Of a stretch of 64,000 nt of DNA, positions 9,726-19,042 are shown in pieces. Where the stretch lies: IMG/VR virus record IMGVR_UViG_3300031952_000015, positions 6,146 through 70,145 of that record, one strand, 5' to 3'. The notes beneath the pieces were generated by a model. It was not told the DNA's origin. It saw only the letters and a list, made by a program, of their open reading frames with translations, and searched no databases. A program made the translations under genes and the position numbers. The DNA is from a virus. Positions within the stretch are counted from its first letter, which is position 1; the number at the start of each line of letters is the position of its first letter.

Positions 9726-10030
9726 ATCTTTTGGAATGATCGTTTCAACCGCTTGAAACTTAAGGCATTCCGCTTCTTGTGCACCCGATGAAATAATCTG
9801 CTCACCCTCGCAAAGCTCAAGTCGATGCCCCAGAACCCGAAGTAGAAGCTGAACCAGGTGCCAACATCGAGGAACTCGACGTCAATGCCCACGTGGAAGG
9901 CACCCCTGAGCTCCCAGAATGACACAGAAACCACATAGTTCTTTAGCTTGATGATGTCTATGGTCTTGATCCGGGTCATCTTAGAGGTCACTCTGGTAGT
10001 CCAGTATTAAAATCTTGCCTGCGGCAGCCA

Positions 10031-10381
10031 TTACTTCCTACCCTCGATCGGTTCATCTGGAAGCGGATGGACTGGCCTGACGATGTCAAGATCTTCATAG
10101 AGGTCTAGATCTTGCGGCCTGACGTGCGATGCGATCAAATCCTTCCTGGTTAAAGATCTCTCTTGACAGGACGTCGTGTTCGTAATGTCCATGACAAATT
10201 CATTGATCTTCGCCAGCTCGTCTGGGTAAATCTCAATCTGACCGACTCTCGGGATGAACGCCCACGCCTGATGACCGACATTGAACTTGATCTCGCCGAG
10301 CAGATATTCTCCAATAAACACGTCATACTTTGTCGGCACTTCCTCAAATCTCATCCGCTTTCTTAATTGATCTTCGCTCAT
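10031..10381 (-). CDS. Hypothetical protein
   Basis: 116-aa ORF in the operon. Confidence 0.5.
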   Translation of the reverse strand: MSEDQLRKRMRFEEVPTKYDVFIGEYLLGEIKFNVGHQAWAFIPRVGQIEIYPDELAKINEFVMDITNTTSCQERSLTRKDLIASHVRPQDLDLYEDLDIVRPVHPLPDEPIEGRK

Positions 10382-10692
10382 TTTAGTTTGCCTCCGTCTG
10401 GAGCTTCCGGCTTCTTAATGAGCTTCATTGCCTTGACATGCGAGTGCGCGAGCGTCTCAGTCTCGCCAGCGAATGCCTCAATGTGCGCGATGGTCAAGTC
10501 TTTACTTTCGAGTGAGAATGCGCCATTGCGGTAGAGCAAAAGCGAAAAGCCAGACTCAAGCACGATAAGCCATGAGATGTCGTCAAGCTCAAGGACTGAG
10601 AGGATCTTCTCGCCCTCGAGAGCTTCCAAGACTCTGAAGCTCGTATGCCATGCGTTTGTATTCGGGTACTCCTTGATGAAATTCTCGATCAT
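10378..10692 (-). CDS. Hypothetical protein
   Basis: 104-aa ORF coupled to its neighbours. Confidence 0.5.
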   Translation of the reverse strand: MIENFIKEYPNTNAWHTSFRVLEALEGEKILSVLELDDISWLIVLESGFSLLLYRNGAFSLESKDLTIAHIEAFAGETETLAHSHVKAMKLIKKPEAPDGGKLK

Positions 10693-10955
10693 TGTTTTCC
10701 CTCCGTTCTCTCGATGACCCGCCGCTTGAAGTCATAGTAGTCGACTTTAGAGGCAACGCTGTCCTTCCGCAAGAAGCACTCGCACTGATAGCCGTCCAAT
10801 CCTAAGCAGTGGCATCGCCAGCCGATCTTAGAAAGTGTCGGCAGCTCCTCGAAGTGAGTCAACAACGCGTGGCCGCAGATGCAGCACATCTTCTCTGGAA
10901 GCTTCTCAGGATGCTCAATCATCTTCGCGACCAATGCCATTGGATCAGATTCCAT
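10689..10955 (-). CDS. Cys/His-rich small protein
   Basis: CICGH...H...CHC...CEC. Confidence 0.55.
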   Translation of the reverse strand: MESDPMALVAKMIEHPEKLPEKMCCICGHALLTHFEELPTLSKIGWRCHCLGLDGYQCECFLRKDSVASKVDYYDFKRRVIERTEGKQ

Positions 10956-10956
10956 C

Positions 10957-11664
10957 TCACCCCTCCAAGATCTTATCGCACATGAACATCACTGCAGCCA
11001 AATGATCTCTCATCCCAGTCTCACGAGCCGCGCTCTGGAACTTGTCGAACTCCTCGTCGTTCATCAGTAATTTTACCTCATTGTACTTCGGCCTGTCCCT
11101 GAGAACCTTGACGTCTGCCTCGGCAGCGAGCTGGTCCATCTCCAAGAGCGTCTTGTGGCTCTCAATGATCTCTGGGGCGGTGTTAAGGATCTCTCCCAAC
11201 TGCTTCACCTCGATGACCTTCGTCATCTCAAGGTAAGTAGCGCCGCGCTTCACTGGGTCTGGTTCTCCCTTGATGTCATTCATGAGGACGGTGAGGATCC
11301 GGACGACGACTGAGTAGAAGTCTTCATTGATCTCGTCTGGCAACGGCAGCGGGATCAGTCCTTCCTCATGCATCACCTTAGAGAAGTTGACAATGTCCTT
11401 GTCAGTGATGACGACACAGTCAATCGTCTTCGCTCCGCGATCCTTGTCAGCATTCCAGCGGTGCTCGCCGTCGATGATGATGTTCCTTGTCGCTGGGATG
11501 ATCCCGCGAGTGCGATCGACATGGCTCCAGACTAGGATAGGCTGGAGATTGCCAAACCTCGACATCGTCCGCTTGAGATGGGCGAACATCCCGTCGCTCA
11601 TGAGGTTGTCGTTCCAGCCATTCGGCTCGAGAGAGTCGATGTTAAGAGTCTTGATCTCACTCAT
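10957..11664 (-). CDS. ParB/Srx N-terminal domain protein
   Basis: LEPNGWNDN, FGNLQPILV, IIIDGEHRW. Confidence 0.85.
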   Translation of the reverse strand: MSEIKTLNIDSLEPNGWNDNLMSDGMFAHLKRTMSRFGNLQPILVWSHVDRTRGIIPATRNIIIDGEHRWNADKDRGAKTIDCVVITDKDIVNFSKVMHEEGLIPLPLPDEINEDFYSVVVRILTVLMNDIKGEPDPVKRGATYLEMTKVIEVKQLGEILNTAPEIIESHKTLLEMDQLAAEADVKVLRDRPKYNEVKLLMNDEEFDKFQSAARETGMRDHLAAVMFMCDKILEG

Positions 11665-11842
11665 CTGGCTCCTCCTCGAAGATCTTAGTCCGGCAATTAG
11701 GATTCTTACAAGTCCAATCTCTAGTCAGTGTCCCATCCTTCTTGGTATATCCAGTCTGAGGCGCATCGCTCCGCATCTTGCAAGTCGGGCACTTGTTCAA
11801 GACTTTCTCCTTCTCCTTGATCCCCTTCCCCTTAAATGGCAT
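11657..11842 (-). CDS. Small zinc-ribbon protein
   Basis: CPTC...CKNPNC. Confidence 0.55.
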   Translation of the reverse strand: MPFKGKGIKEKEKVLNKCPTCKMRSDAPQTGYTKKDGTLTRDWTCKNPNCRTKIFEEEPDE

Positions 11843-12067
11843 TTACTCCCTCTTCTTCTCCTTGAGCACATCAATCTTCTCGCGGATCTGCTTGACCTCG
11901 TCCTCAAGGGTCACGATAGATCTCAGGATCGCCTTCTGGCGCTCCCACTCCACCTTGAGCTCGTCAATCTTCGACTCAAGCACTTTTTCCTTTGCAGTGA
12001 TGAGCTCCTCGAGCTCCTCAATCCTCACCTTGTTGTCGTCGATCATTTTGATTTCCTCCCTGAACAA
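11843..12067 (-). CDS. Coiled-coil protein
   Basis: Heptad-rich, charged sequence. Confidence 0.5.
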   Translation of the reverse strand: MFREEIKMIDDNKVRIEELEELITAKEKVLESKIDELKVEWERQKAILRSIVTLEDEVKQIREKIDVLKEKKRE

Positions 12068-12195
12068 TCATGCGTCCTAAACGCTCGTATGATCTCATTC
12101 AACGCGTTCTCAAGACTATCTGTATGGTTCTCGTCTCGAAACCTTGCCAAGAACTCCATGTTCTCGTCATCAAGAGCCGCGTTGATTCGCTTCAT
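12043..12195 (-). CDS. Ribbon-helix-helix-like regulator (50 aa; not in the ORF track)
   Basis: MKRINAALDDENMEFLARFRDENHTDSLENALNEIIRAF..., beta-strand then two helices; TATA box about 25 nt upstream. Confidence 0.55.
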   Translation of the reverse strand: MKRINAALDDENMEFLARFRDENHTDSLENALNEIIRAFRTHDCSGRKSK

Positions 12196-12219
12196 ATTGT
12201 AATAATAATTACAATAGAT

Positions 12220-14451
12220 TTAAATGCTTTGCTCCTTTTTCCGTGACTTAGGAGCTTTCTTGATGTCCAATGTCTCCCACGGGTAGTCCTGGAAGACAGA
12301 CCTCAGGATGCGCTCAGATGGCGGCCAGATGATGTGCGACCAATAATGGTCTTGATCGTATCCTGACGTGTAGCTCTCAGAGTAGATCGGCATCTTTCCC
12401 TTCGGGCCCTTGATGTAGATGTGCGAGATCTTCTGGCCGACCATGACCTCAGCGCCGCACTCGATCATCTGCTTCGCGACCAGCACATGCGGGATCGCGG
12501 TCTTGTACTCGATGATTGGCTTCGTCAGCTCCTTGTAGAGGAGGACATCGTCCTTCGTCAACTGACCAATCTGAACCAACGTCCGCTGAGCTGAGAGGTA
12601 TTCGAAGATCTCTAGCGAGGACTTGCCATTGAAGATCATGTCGATCACTGTCCGCTGCATCCTTAAAGCAAAGGCCGACTGGTCAGTCCTCACGAGCTCG
12701 ATCCCCTTGCAGAAGAATCTCGGTTCGATCTTCTTACCCTCATCCCAAGTCTGGACTCCAGCGTAGCGCTTCTTCGTGCCCTTCTCCTTATCGCCGACGA
12801 AGATCATCTGCTTGACTACCTTCTCGAACTTCATCTCAATCTTTCGGTCCTCTGGCGCGATGTTGAAGTTCCCAAGCAACGTCAAGTAAAAATCATTAAG
12901 CTCCTGCGTGAGCTTCTGTCCCAATGCAATCTGCTCGTCCAAGTTGTCCTTGTTGATCTTCACGAACAGGGAATCAGTGTCGATGTAGATAACTTGATAG
13001 CCCTTCTCCTCAAGGAAATTCTTGCTGATCTTGATGAGCCATCTCCCTGCCCGGGTGACTGAGCCAGCGATGTCGATGTGGTAGTATCTTGAGACTGGGT
13101 TGCCCATGACGCCGTAAAAACTGAGCAGGATGACCTTCGGCACCTTCTCCAAGATGTCATACAAGACCCACTCTGGCGTCCCCTTATCGAACGCATTGCG
13201 CTTCCGCAAGTAATAATTCCGCTCATCCTCAAGTCCAGTAAGAATTTGAGGGATGACTCCCTTGATGTCCTTCGCAAACCAAGCTGAATCATCTTCTGGG
13301 ACGTAGATCTTCTCCTTGCCAGCTCGCAGCGTTTCTGGTGAGATATTCCAACTTTGCATGATGCGATTGTAGAGCGACTTGAAGTCCAATATCAAGATAC
13401 CTCGATGCAATCCGGCCGGCGGCTCCTGCACATATCCTCCAACGAACGAGGTGCGCGTCGCCTTTGACTTCGGCCGGTACGGGAACCTTAACCCGAGCTT
13501 CAGCTCTCTCACCTTCCTAAGAATCATGTTGTCGATGATGATGGTCGGGAATCTTACCTCCTCAAGAAGACAATTCGTCTTTGAGCTCAACGAGTCTAAG
13601 ATCTGAGTGATCTGGAACTTCTCATCTATTTTCTTCATGAGCTTGCAATCCATGACATTGTACTCCATCAGCTTCTGCTTGTCCTCAAGGTAGGTCTCGA
13701 TCACCTTCTTGCCCAGCTTGATCTTCGTTTCTCCGAGCTCTGCGAGCGCGACATCATTCAGCGCGTACGACCGCATCCGCTTCATTTTGATGAACCTAGC
13801 CATGATGTCAAACTTCTGGAAGTATCTCCAGTTCAACTCTATCCCAAGCCAATTGCATCGCTCCTCCAAGTATGGGAAGTCAAACCCGTCGCCGTACCAC
13901 GCGACCAAGACATCGTAATCCTTCACAGCATTGTAGAAATCGCGGATAAGCCTCCGCTCGCAGTCTCGGTCCTTGTGGTTCTCGTTGATGAAGAACTTTA
14001 CCTTATCATTCTGATCGACGCACGCGATGCTCAAGATCGGATACCGACCAACATGAATCTCTGAGATCGTGTCATCTGTCTCGATGTCGATGTAGAGGAT
14101 CTTGAGTTTGTCAGTCCCTACCGGGGTGAGTGTGTCAATCAAGTACCGTCTCCAATATGGGATGTCTGACTCATAGGTCTTGACTCCAGCAACCTCAAGC
14201 GCGTCTCGGATCTTGTAGACCATGCCAGCTCTCTTGAGATACAGCTTAGCATACTTCCCCGTATACTCGACATCTGAGATCTCGCGAATCCGGGTGTACC
14301 GTTCGACTGCAGGATGCCCGCGATCGCCAGCTCCGATGATGATGTAATGCCTGAACACGGGGTAGTCGATCACCTGCTCGAACTTGTTGTCGCCATCCCG
14401 GTAAAGCAAAGTTATGGCATTGAACTTCGTCCAAGCAGAAACAATCCTCAA
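12220..14451 (-). CDS. polB: Family B DNA polymerase with 3'-5' exonuclease
   Basis: ExoI YIDIET, ExoII WYGDGFDFPYL, ExoIII YNVMD, motif A DFKSLYN, motif B KVILLSFYG, motif C YIDTDS, KKRYAG, KGIELVR. Confidence 0.96.
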   Translation of the reverse strand: MRIVSAWTKFNAITLLYRDGDNKFEQVIDYPVFRHYIIIGAGDRGHPAVERYTRIREISDVEYTGKYAKLYLKRAGMVYKIRDALEVAGVKTYESDIPYWRRYLIDTLTPVGTDKLKILYIDIETDDTISEIHVGRYPILSIACVDQNDKVKFFINENHKDRDCERRLIRDFYNAVKDYDVLVAWYGDGFDFPYLEERCNWLGIELNWRYFQKFDIMARFIKMKRMRSYALNDVALAELGETKIKLGKKVIETYLEDKQKLMEYNVMDCKLMKKIDEKFQITQILDSLSSKTNCLLEEVRFPTIIIDNMILRKVRELKLGLRFPYRPKSKATRTSFVGGYVQEPPAGLHRGILILDFKSLYNRIMQSWNISPETLRAGKEKIYVPEDDSAWFAKDIKGVIPQILTGLEDERNYYLRKRNAFDKGTPEWVLYDILEKVPKVILLSFYGVMGNPVSRYYHIDIAGSVTRAGRWLIKISKNFLEEKGYQVIYIDTDSLFVKINKDNLDEQIALGQKLTQELNDFYLTLLGNFNIAPEDRKIEMKFEKVVKQMIFVGDKEKGTKKRYAGVQTWDEGKKIEPRFFCKGIELVRTDQSAFALRMQRTVIDMIFNGKSSLEIFEYLSAQRTLVQIGQLTKDDVLLYKELTKPIIEYKTAIPHVLVAKQMIECGAEVMVGQKISHIYIKGPKGKMPIYSESYTSGYDQDHYWSHIIWPPSERILRSVFQDYPWETLDIKKAPKSRKKEQSI

Positions 14452-14499
14452 CTCGTCCCCCTCTCAACTCGACTTGAGAAGAGAAGCCGTCATCTGTTT

Positions 14500-15066
14500 T
14501 TAATCATTGCTATCTAAGCGATACTTCAAAAGAAGTTTCCGGCCACGGGTGACAACGTCCTTCATCCAAATCTTATCATCGAGCAGTGGAGTCGACATTT
14601 GATCATCATCTGACGAGCGCAAACAGATGCTGTACACGCATCCCGGAAGAGTCTCGAGCGTCACCCACATCGGAGATGCTTTGATCCCGTGCTCTGGGCG
14701 ATCAACGATGCCGAACGTGAGGTCCATGATCGAGTCCTCAAGCAAGAAACATACAAGGTAATGGAAATCGTCTTTGGCCCACCCAAGCCCAATGATCCAT
14801 CCGCCGCGAGCGATGACCTCGTCCTTTGAGAGCATGATCCCGGTCTTATCATATTCTTCGAGGATCTTCCGGCCCTCATCATTCACAATCAGAATTTCTA
14901 CTCGCCTGACTGAGCAGACATACCCAAGCCTTATGAGGATCTCTCTGACGAGAATCGAAGAAGTCAAACAAATTCCGTCCTTGTCAATGTCATGTCCTCG
15001 CTTGCCAAGTTCATCCTTCAAGAAAGAGTAAAGGTCTCGCAGAAGATCTTGATTCACTTCATCCAC
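14500..15066 (-). CDS. Transglutaminase/papain-like fold protein
   Basis: Putative Cys-His-Asp triad in GICLTSS...DFHYLV...IMDLT. Confidence 0.5.
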   Translation of the reverse strand: MDEVNQDLLRDLYSFLKDELGKRGHDIDKDGICLTSSILVREILIRLGYVCSVRRVEILIVNDEGRKILEEYDKTGIMLSKDEVIARGGWIIGLGWAKDDFHYLVCFLLEDSIMDLTFGIVDRPEHGIKASPMWVTLETLPGCVYSICLRSSDDDQMSTPLLDDKIWMKDVVTRGRKLLLKYRLDSND

Positions 15067-15203
15067 CTCTTAACCTTGAAACGTGACTCGCACGAACGGC
15101 AGACCACTATCGCGAGATCGCGCCACGCCGACCACTCTTTGCATGATGGATGAGATAGAGTTTTCTTCCCGCATGTGGGACATTTCTTTCCCTTGAGCTT
15201 CAT
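15054..15203 (-). CDS. Small zinc-ribbon protein (49 aa; not in the ORF track)
   Basis: MKLKGKKCPTCGKKTLSHP...VVCRSCESRF. Confidence 0.55.
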   Translation of the reverse strand: MKLKGKKCPTCGKKTLSHPSCKEWSAWRDLAIVVCRSCESRFKVKRWMK

Positions 15204-15204
15204 C

Positions 15205-15756
15205 TTACTTCCGCTCCGTCATCATTTCTCCCAATGCTTTAGACCGCTCCTGGCGGATTTTTAAGACCTCATTGTTGAGCTGATGGATTTCATCCCGGAT
15301 CTTAGTATGCTCCGCTGGATCGTACGTGTCCGCGTCTTTGATGTGGAGAGCATTGAGCTTTTTATAGATCTCGGTGAGCCGAGGGTCCTCTGCATTCTTG
15401 ACCTCCTTCGCCTTCTCGATCACCTCATCAACCTTCTCAATCGCCTGAGACATGCAAACCTTGCACCGCTTATGCTTGCGGTACTCGCGCTGAGCATTTG
15501 GTTCCTGCGGAAGCGATGACTTGCAGACCTTGCACTTCTGATACCATGCACGGTTCTGCTCGACCTTTGGTTGACCATCCTTCTCATGCGAGCGCGCATG
15601 TGCAGCTTGAGCGAGCCCGCACGATGAGATGATCTTGCCGCACTTGGGGCACGGTCCTCGTCCAAATGATTGTCCCACGTTTATCACCTCAGTCAGTGAA
15701 CTACCCACACCTGCCATCATGAAAGCGCAGGCGGCAGGGCGAGATGAGACAAGCAC
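15205..15756 (-). CDS. Zinc-finger protein (real start probably the GTG near 15680)
   Basis: CPKCG...HARSH C2H2 finger, two CKVC motifs, coiled-coil C-terminus; GAGGTGA precedes VGQSF. Confidence 0.55.
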   Translation of the reverse strand: MLVSSRPAACAFMMAGVGSSLTEVINVGQSFGRGPCPKCGKIISSCGLAQAAHARSHEKDGQPKVEQNRAWYQKCKVCKSSLPQEPNAQREYRKHKRCKVCMSQAIEKVDEVIEKAKEVKNAEDPRLTEIYKKLNALHIKDADTYDPAEHTKIRDEIHQLNNEVLKIRQERSKALGEMMTERK

Positions 15757-15794
15757 CCGATGCCCTGCCTTCCTGCTGCGTGGTCATTGTGTCC

Positions 15795-15887
15795 TCAATG
15801 GGTCGGGAAGTCTGCATGGCAGTGCTTCTCTCGCTCGTCCCTATCCTTGATCGACTTGCCGCACCACTTGCACTTGTGAGTTTTCAT
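15795..15887 (-). CDS. 30-aa C2H2-like zinc-finger microprotein
   Basis: MKTHKCKWCGKSIKDRDEREKHCHADFPTH, preceded by a perfect GGAGGTGA RBS and a promoter. Confidence 0.55.
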   Translation of the reverse strand: MKTHKCKWCGKSIKDRDEREKHCHADFPTH

Positions 15888-15933
15888 TTTGTTTCACCTC
15901 CAGCCATGCTGGTATATATAAAGTATGCACTAC

Positions 15934-15950
15934 TGTTTATAAACCTTTCT
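15934..15950 (-). promoter_or_regulatory. Archaeal BRE-TATA promoter GAAAGGTTTATAAAC
   Basis: Purine-rich BRE plus TTTATAAA; same motif at 31344 and 32164. Confidence 0.7.
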
Positions 15951-15980
15951 ACTCCGCATAGATAGAATATTCCATTCTAG

Positions 15981-16391
15981 CTACAATCCGAGCCGCTTTC
16001 GGAGCGCTCGCTCTATCCCAGCCCAATCGTCTGGCAGCTTTGAGATGTCAATGACGATGACGTCCCGGATGGTATGGTGCGCGGTCAGCGTGACATAGCT
16101 CGCGAGCTTCACTGATTCCTTCTTCGGCCCAGCCGTCGTCTCGAACTCGATTGCAGTCCAAGTCGTGAGGTCGAAGACATCGGCGACTACCTTGTTCTTG
16201 AATTCATACTCAGTGAGGTACTCGTGGTTGGAATCGTATAAGATCTTCGCGCAGACGCACTTGCACAGGTAATGCTTCCATGTCTCTCCCGAGCTACCGC
16301 GGTTGTGATGCCGCACCATATTAAGGGTGTAGAGTCGCGGGATCTGCAGCCCTCGCATCCGCATCATGTAGACAAGATTCTGAAAGTTCAT
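15981..16391 (-). CDS. PD-(D/E)XK nuclease-like protein
   Basis: H...K...TEYEF...VADVFD...AIEFET. Confidence 0.55.
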   Translation of the reverse strand: MNFQNLVYMMRMRGLQIPRLYTLNMVRHHNRGSSGETWKHYLCKCVCAKILYDSNHEYLTEYEFKNKVVADVFDLTTWTAIEFETTAGPKKESVKLASYVTLTAHHTIRDVIVIDISKLPDDWAGIERALRKRLGL

Positions 16392-16403
16392 CGCAAGTCC
16401 TTC

Positions 16404-17258
16404 TTACGCATACCACATTTCAATCGCGCCAAATGCTTCTTTGACTTCTTCATTGTCAATATATTCAAGTAGAAGTTCATCTGCCTCGATGTGGTCGGTT
16501 TCTGGGTCTCCGCTTTTTCTCTCAACGATTGCCTTCAATGCTTTCACAAGTTCCTGTTTGCTCATCTTCGTCCTCAGTGGTTCGCTCCGCGCAGGTCTGA
16601 ACACTTCTTTCCACACCGAGCAGTTCCCGTTGAGGGATTCATCTCCGTGCGCATGGACAACTGCAAGTCCAATCATCTCAGCGTCCTTCATAATCGCGCC
16701 ATCCGCATCCTCTTCAATGCTCTTGCTCAGGAACATCGGAGCGACTGTCAGATTCGTTGGATAGTGTTTCCTGCGACATCTATTGTCCCTATCCAACTCT
16801 ACGTCGCAGACAATCTCATCACCTTCACAATGACAGTTCGTGAATCTCCCGATTGATCTGTTCTCATCAAAGTTGTCAGTGATGACTCCGTCGCTCTTGA
16901 GAGATATAATCGCACTTGTTGGGATAAGGATATGATTCTTCGTCATTTGACCGAGTCGAAACACAACCACACGCTTCATCATCCTCAGTGGTTCGTCTTT
17001 ATTTCTTTGAACTGTTGAGAGATTTACTCTACGATTAAACTCAGCTTCGGATATCTTCTCTTCAAACCAACTAAATTGAAAATTCCGCCTATCCCAACCG
17101 TCTGGGTCAAGAACTTTAAATTGACAATTCTTTGACCACTCCTCGCTTGTTTTCAGTGGTTCATCATGTGTCATTGGCAATCCACATTCGGCACAAGGGT
17201 ATTCTCCGGATTGTCCATTGTCTATCTGTCCGCATTTCTTGCACGGTTCGTCTGCCAT
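16404..17258 (-). CDS. Mosaic hypothetical protein of four modules, each starting (D/S)EP(L/C)
   Basis: MADEPCK (zinc ribbon), DEPLKT, DEPLRM, SEPLRT. Confidence 0.6.
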   Translation of the reverse strand: MADEPCKKCGQIDNGQSGEYPCAECGLPMTHDEPLKTSEEWSKNCQFKVLDPDGWDRRNFQFSWFEEKISEAEFNRRVNLSTVQRNKDEPLRMMKRVVVFRLGQMTKNHILIPTSAIISLKSDGVITDNFDENRSIGRFTNCHCEGDEIVCDVELDRDNRCRRKHYPTNLTVAPMFLSKSIEEDADGAIMKDAEMIGLAVVHAHGDESLNGNCSVWKEVFRPARSEPLRTKMSKQELVKALKAIVERKSGDPETDHIEADELLLEYIDNEEVKEAFGAIEMWYA

Positions 17259-17267
17259 CGTCCTCAG

Positions 17268-17957
17268 TCACCCCCTTGCTTTCTGCTTCCGCAGTTGTGC
17301 CTTGATAAGTGAGATGAGCTTCTTCTCGGTGGCTGCTGCGTAGGCTGCGTAGTAGGCTGCGGAGGCTGCGTAGTAGGCTGCGTTGGCTGCGTAGGCTGCT
17401 GCGTAGGCTGCGTAGGCTGCTGCGTAGGCTGCTGCGGAGGCTGCTGCGTAGGCTGCGTAGTAGGCTGCTGCGGAGGCTGCTACGTCGGCTGCTGCGTAGG
17501 CTGCGTAGTAGGCTGCGGAGGCTGCTATGCGATTTTCTTCGCTCGGCTCTTTCAGCCATGCCTCTGCCGCTTCTATCGCCTGTCGCGGTCTTTTGTCCTG
17601 CGGATATTTCGTCTCGAAATTCTTAAGGCATTTCTTCGCTGCCCAAATCGCGAACTTCACCGATACCTCTTTGAGGTTCTCGACCTCTTGCACGATGCGC
17701 ATCTCCTCTGAACAGAACTTGTCGTCCTTCTCGTGCAGCACCTTGCCCCGTGCCTCAACGATAAACAGCCGAGGGCCATACACGTAAGACTGGAATGCCT
17801 TAAGCGGCGATTCGCAGGCATGGAAGCCCGCATTGCACATCTCCAGTTTGCCCTCGTGCTTCTTCCACGCGCCGAGCTTCCACTTCTCGATAGTGCCGTT
17901 CTTGCTTGTCATGTCCTCCTTGAGGAACTTATAGCCTTTGATTGTCTTTGCTCTCAT
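17268..17957 (-). CDS. Phage protein with CxxGFHAC domain, Imm5-like helical part and Ala/Tyr repeats
   Basis: GYKF...LEMCNAGFHACESP; DKRPRQAIEAAEAWL; AAYYAAYAAA tract. Confidence 0.7.
   Translation of the reverse strand: MRAKTIKGYKFLKEDMTSKNGTIEKWKLGAWKKHEGKLEMCNAGFHACESPLKAFQSYVYGPRLFIVEARGKVLHEKDDKFCSEEMRIVQEVENLKEVSVKFAIWAAKKCLKNFETKYPQDKRPRQAIEAAEAWLKEPSEENRIAASAAYYAAYAAADVAASAAAYYAAYAAASAAAYAAAYAAYAAAYAANAAYYAASAAYYAAYAAATEKKLISLIKAQLRKQKARG
17330..17527. repeat. Low-complexity coding repeat built from GCTGCGTAG-type units
   Basis: Tandem ggctgcgta / ggctgctgcg units encoding the A/Y/S tract. Confidence 0.9.
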
Positions 17958-18002
17958 CGCTCAGTCACCCCCTCGCTGCTTCATCATCGCAAAGAACCAT
18001 CA

Positions 18003-18239
18003 TCATGTCGCCTCTGTCGCCTTGTAGAGGTACTTCATGCCGAACTTGAGCTTCACCTCGCGGCGCTCGACGCCTCGGACTATCTTGTCCCCCATCTTCG
18101 TCTTCCAGCTGTAGAGCTTCAATGTCGCTCGCGCGATGCTTGATGATGATACGTCAAAGTGCTTTGACAAGAAGTCAGTGTCGAATTCTGTTCCTGGATT
18201 CTCACGCAGGAAGTCCCTCAGCTGATATTCCCCCGCCAT
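18003..18239 (-). CDS. Small winged-helix protein
   Basis: FLRENPGTEFDTDFLSKHFDVSSSSIARATLKL. Confidence 0.6.
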   Translation of the reverse strand: MAGEYQLRDFLRENPGTEFDTDFLSKHFDVSSSSIARATLKLYSWKTKMGDKIVRGVERREVKLKFGMKYLYKATEAT

Positions 18240-18816
18240 CTCTCGTCTCCTCCCTCATCTTAGGTATGAACTTCTCAATCGATGTGAGCTCGCCCAACTG
18301 GAGCGAGTAAAGTTTTCGTCCATTGAGCTCAACTACATTGATCCGTCCAGTCTTGATCCTCGTCCTGAGCGTCTGCTTCGTGATGTACCCTACGCCGACG
18401 ACTCTTATTGCTCCGCTATCTGGGATCTCGCTATACCGAGCGCCCAAGTAGATGTCGAAGTCTGGATCCTTGAACGGCAGGTAGAGATTCCCAGTAGTCG
18501 TCGTCTTAACATCAATCGTCTTCTTCTTGACCTTGAAGTCTGGCTTGTCCCACTCTGGCTTGATGAACTCGATCCACTCGTGCGGGATCTTGTTCTCAGT
18601 GAGCCATCGGTCGAAGCAGTGCTCGCCGAGGTAGCCGATGAAGTTAAGCTTCTGATCTGCCTCTGGATAAGCTTTCTGCTGGTCAAACTCTCGAGTCTTC
18701 TCTCGCGCGAGCGCGAGCAATGCCGGCGAAATCTCATACCACAATTTGCCTGACCTCAAACCCGAATCGGTCCTTCCAGACCCAGACCTCTCTCGTCGCC
18801 CAGATTGGCACGACAA
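18202..18816 (-). CDS. Restriction-endonuclease-fold (PD-(D/E)XK) protein
   Basis: GYLGE...PDFKV...IDVKTT; true start probably near 18740. Confidence 0.6.
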   Translation of the reverse strand: MSCQSGRRERSGSGRTDSGLRSGKLWYEISPALLALAREKTREFDQQKAYPEADQKLNFIGYLGEHCFDRWLTENKIPHEWIEFIKPEWDKPDFKVKKKTIDVKTTTTGNLYLPFKDPDFDIYLGARYSEIPDSGAIRVVGVGYITKQTLRTRIKTGRINVVELNGRKLYSLQLGELTSIEKFIPKMREETRDGGGISAEGLPA

Positions 18817-19042
18817 GGGTCTTGATCTCGCGAATCCCGATCTTCAATTGGCTATTGACGCGCGACTTTGTCCGCTTGACTTGGATGAACCGGACTGTCT
18901 CCGCACTGGTCGCGACAAGATCGGCTGGCGATTGAGATCCGGTCGCGCGGATCACTTGGAATCCATTCATGATCAGCTCAGCTTTCGCCTGCAGCTCAAC
19001 TTGATACCCGCGCTGATAGTTTGTGACCATCAGGATGGGCAC
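18734..19042 (-). CDS. hjc: Hjc-like Holliday junction resolvase
   Basis: YQRGYQVE...GFQVIRATGS..PADLVA...FIQVK. Confidence 0.7.
   Translation of the reverse strand: MPILMVTNYQRGYQVELQAKAELIMNGFQVIRATGSQSPADLVATSAETVRFIQVKRTKSRVNSQLKIGIREIKTLVVPIWATREVWVWKDRFGFEVRQIVV

Noticed and set aside
11327-12202. Long plus-strand ORFs (also 21760-22698, 28994-29674, 47828-48604 and others)
   Set aside because: Antisense shadows of well-supported minus-strand genes, with no motifs or RBS
17164-17559. Arg/Ser/Leu-repeat ORF
   Set aside because: Alternative-frame reading of the Ala/Tyr repeat in 17268-17957
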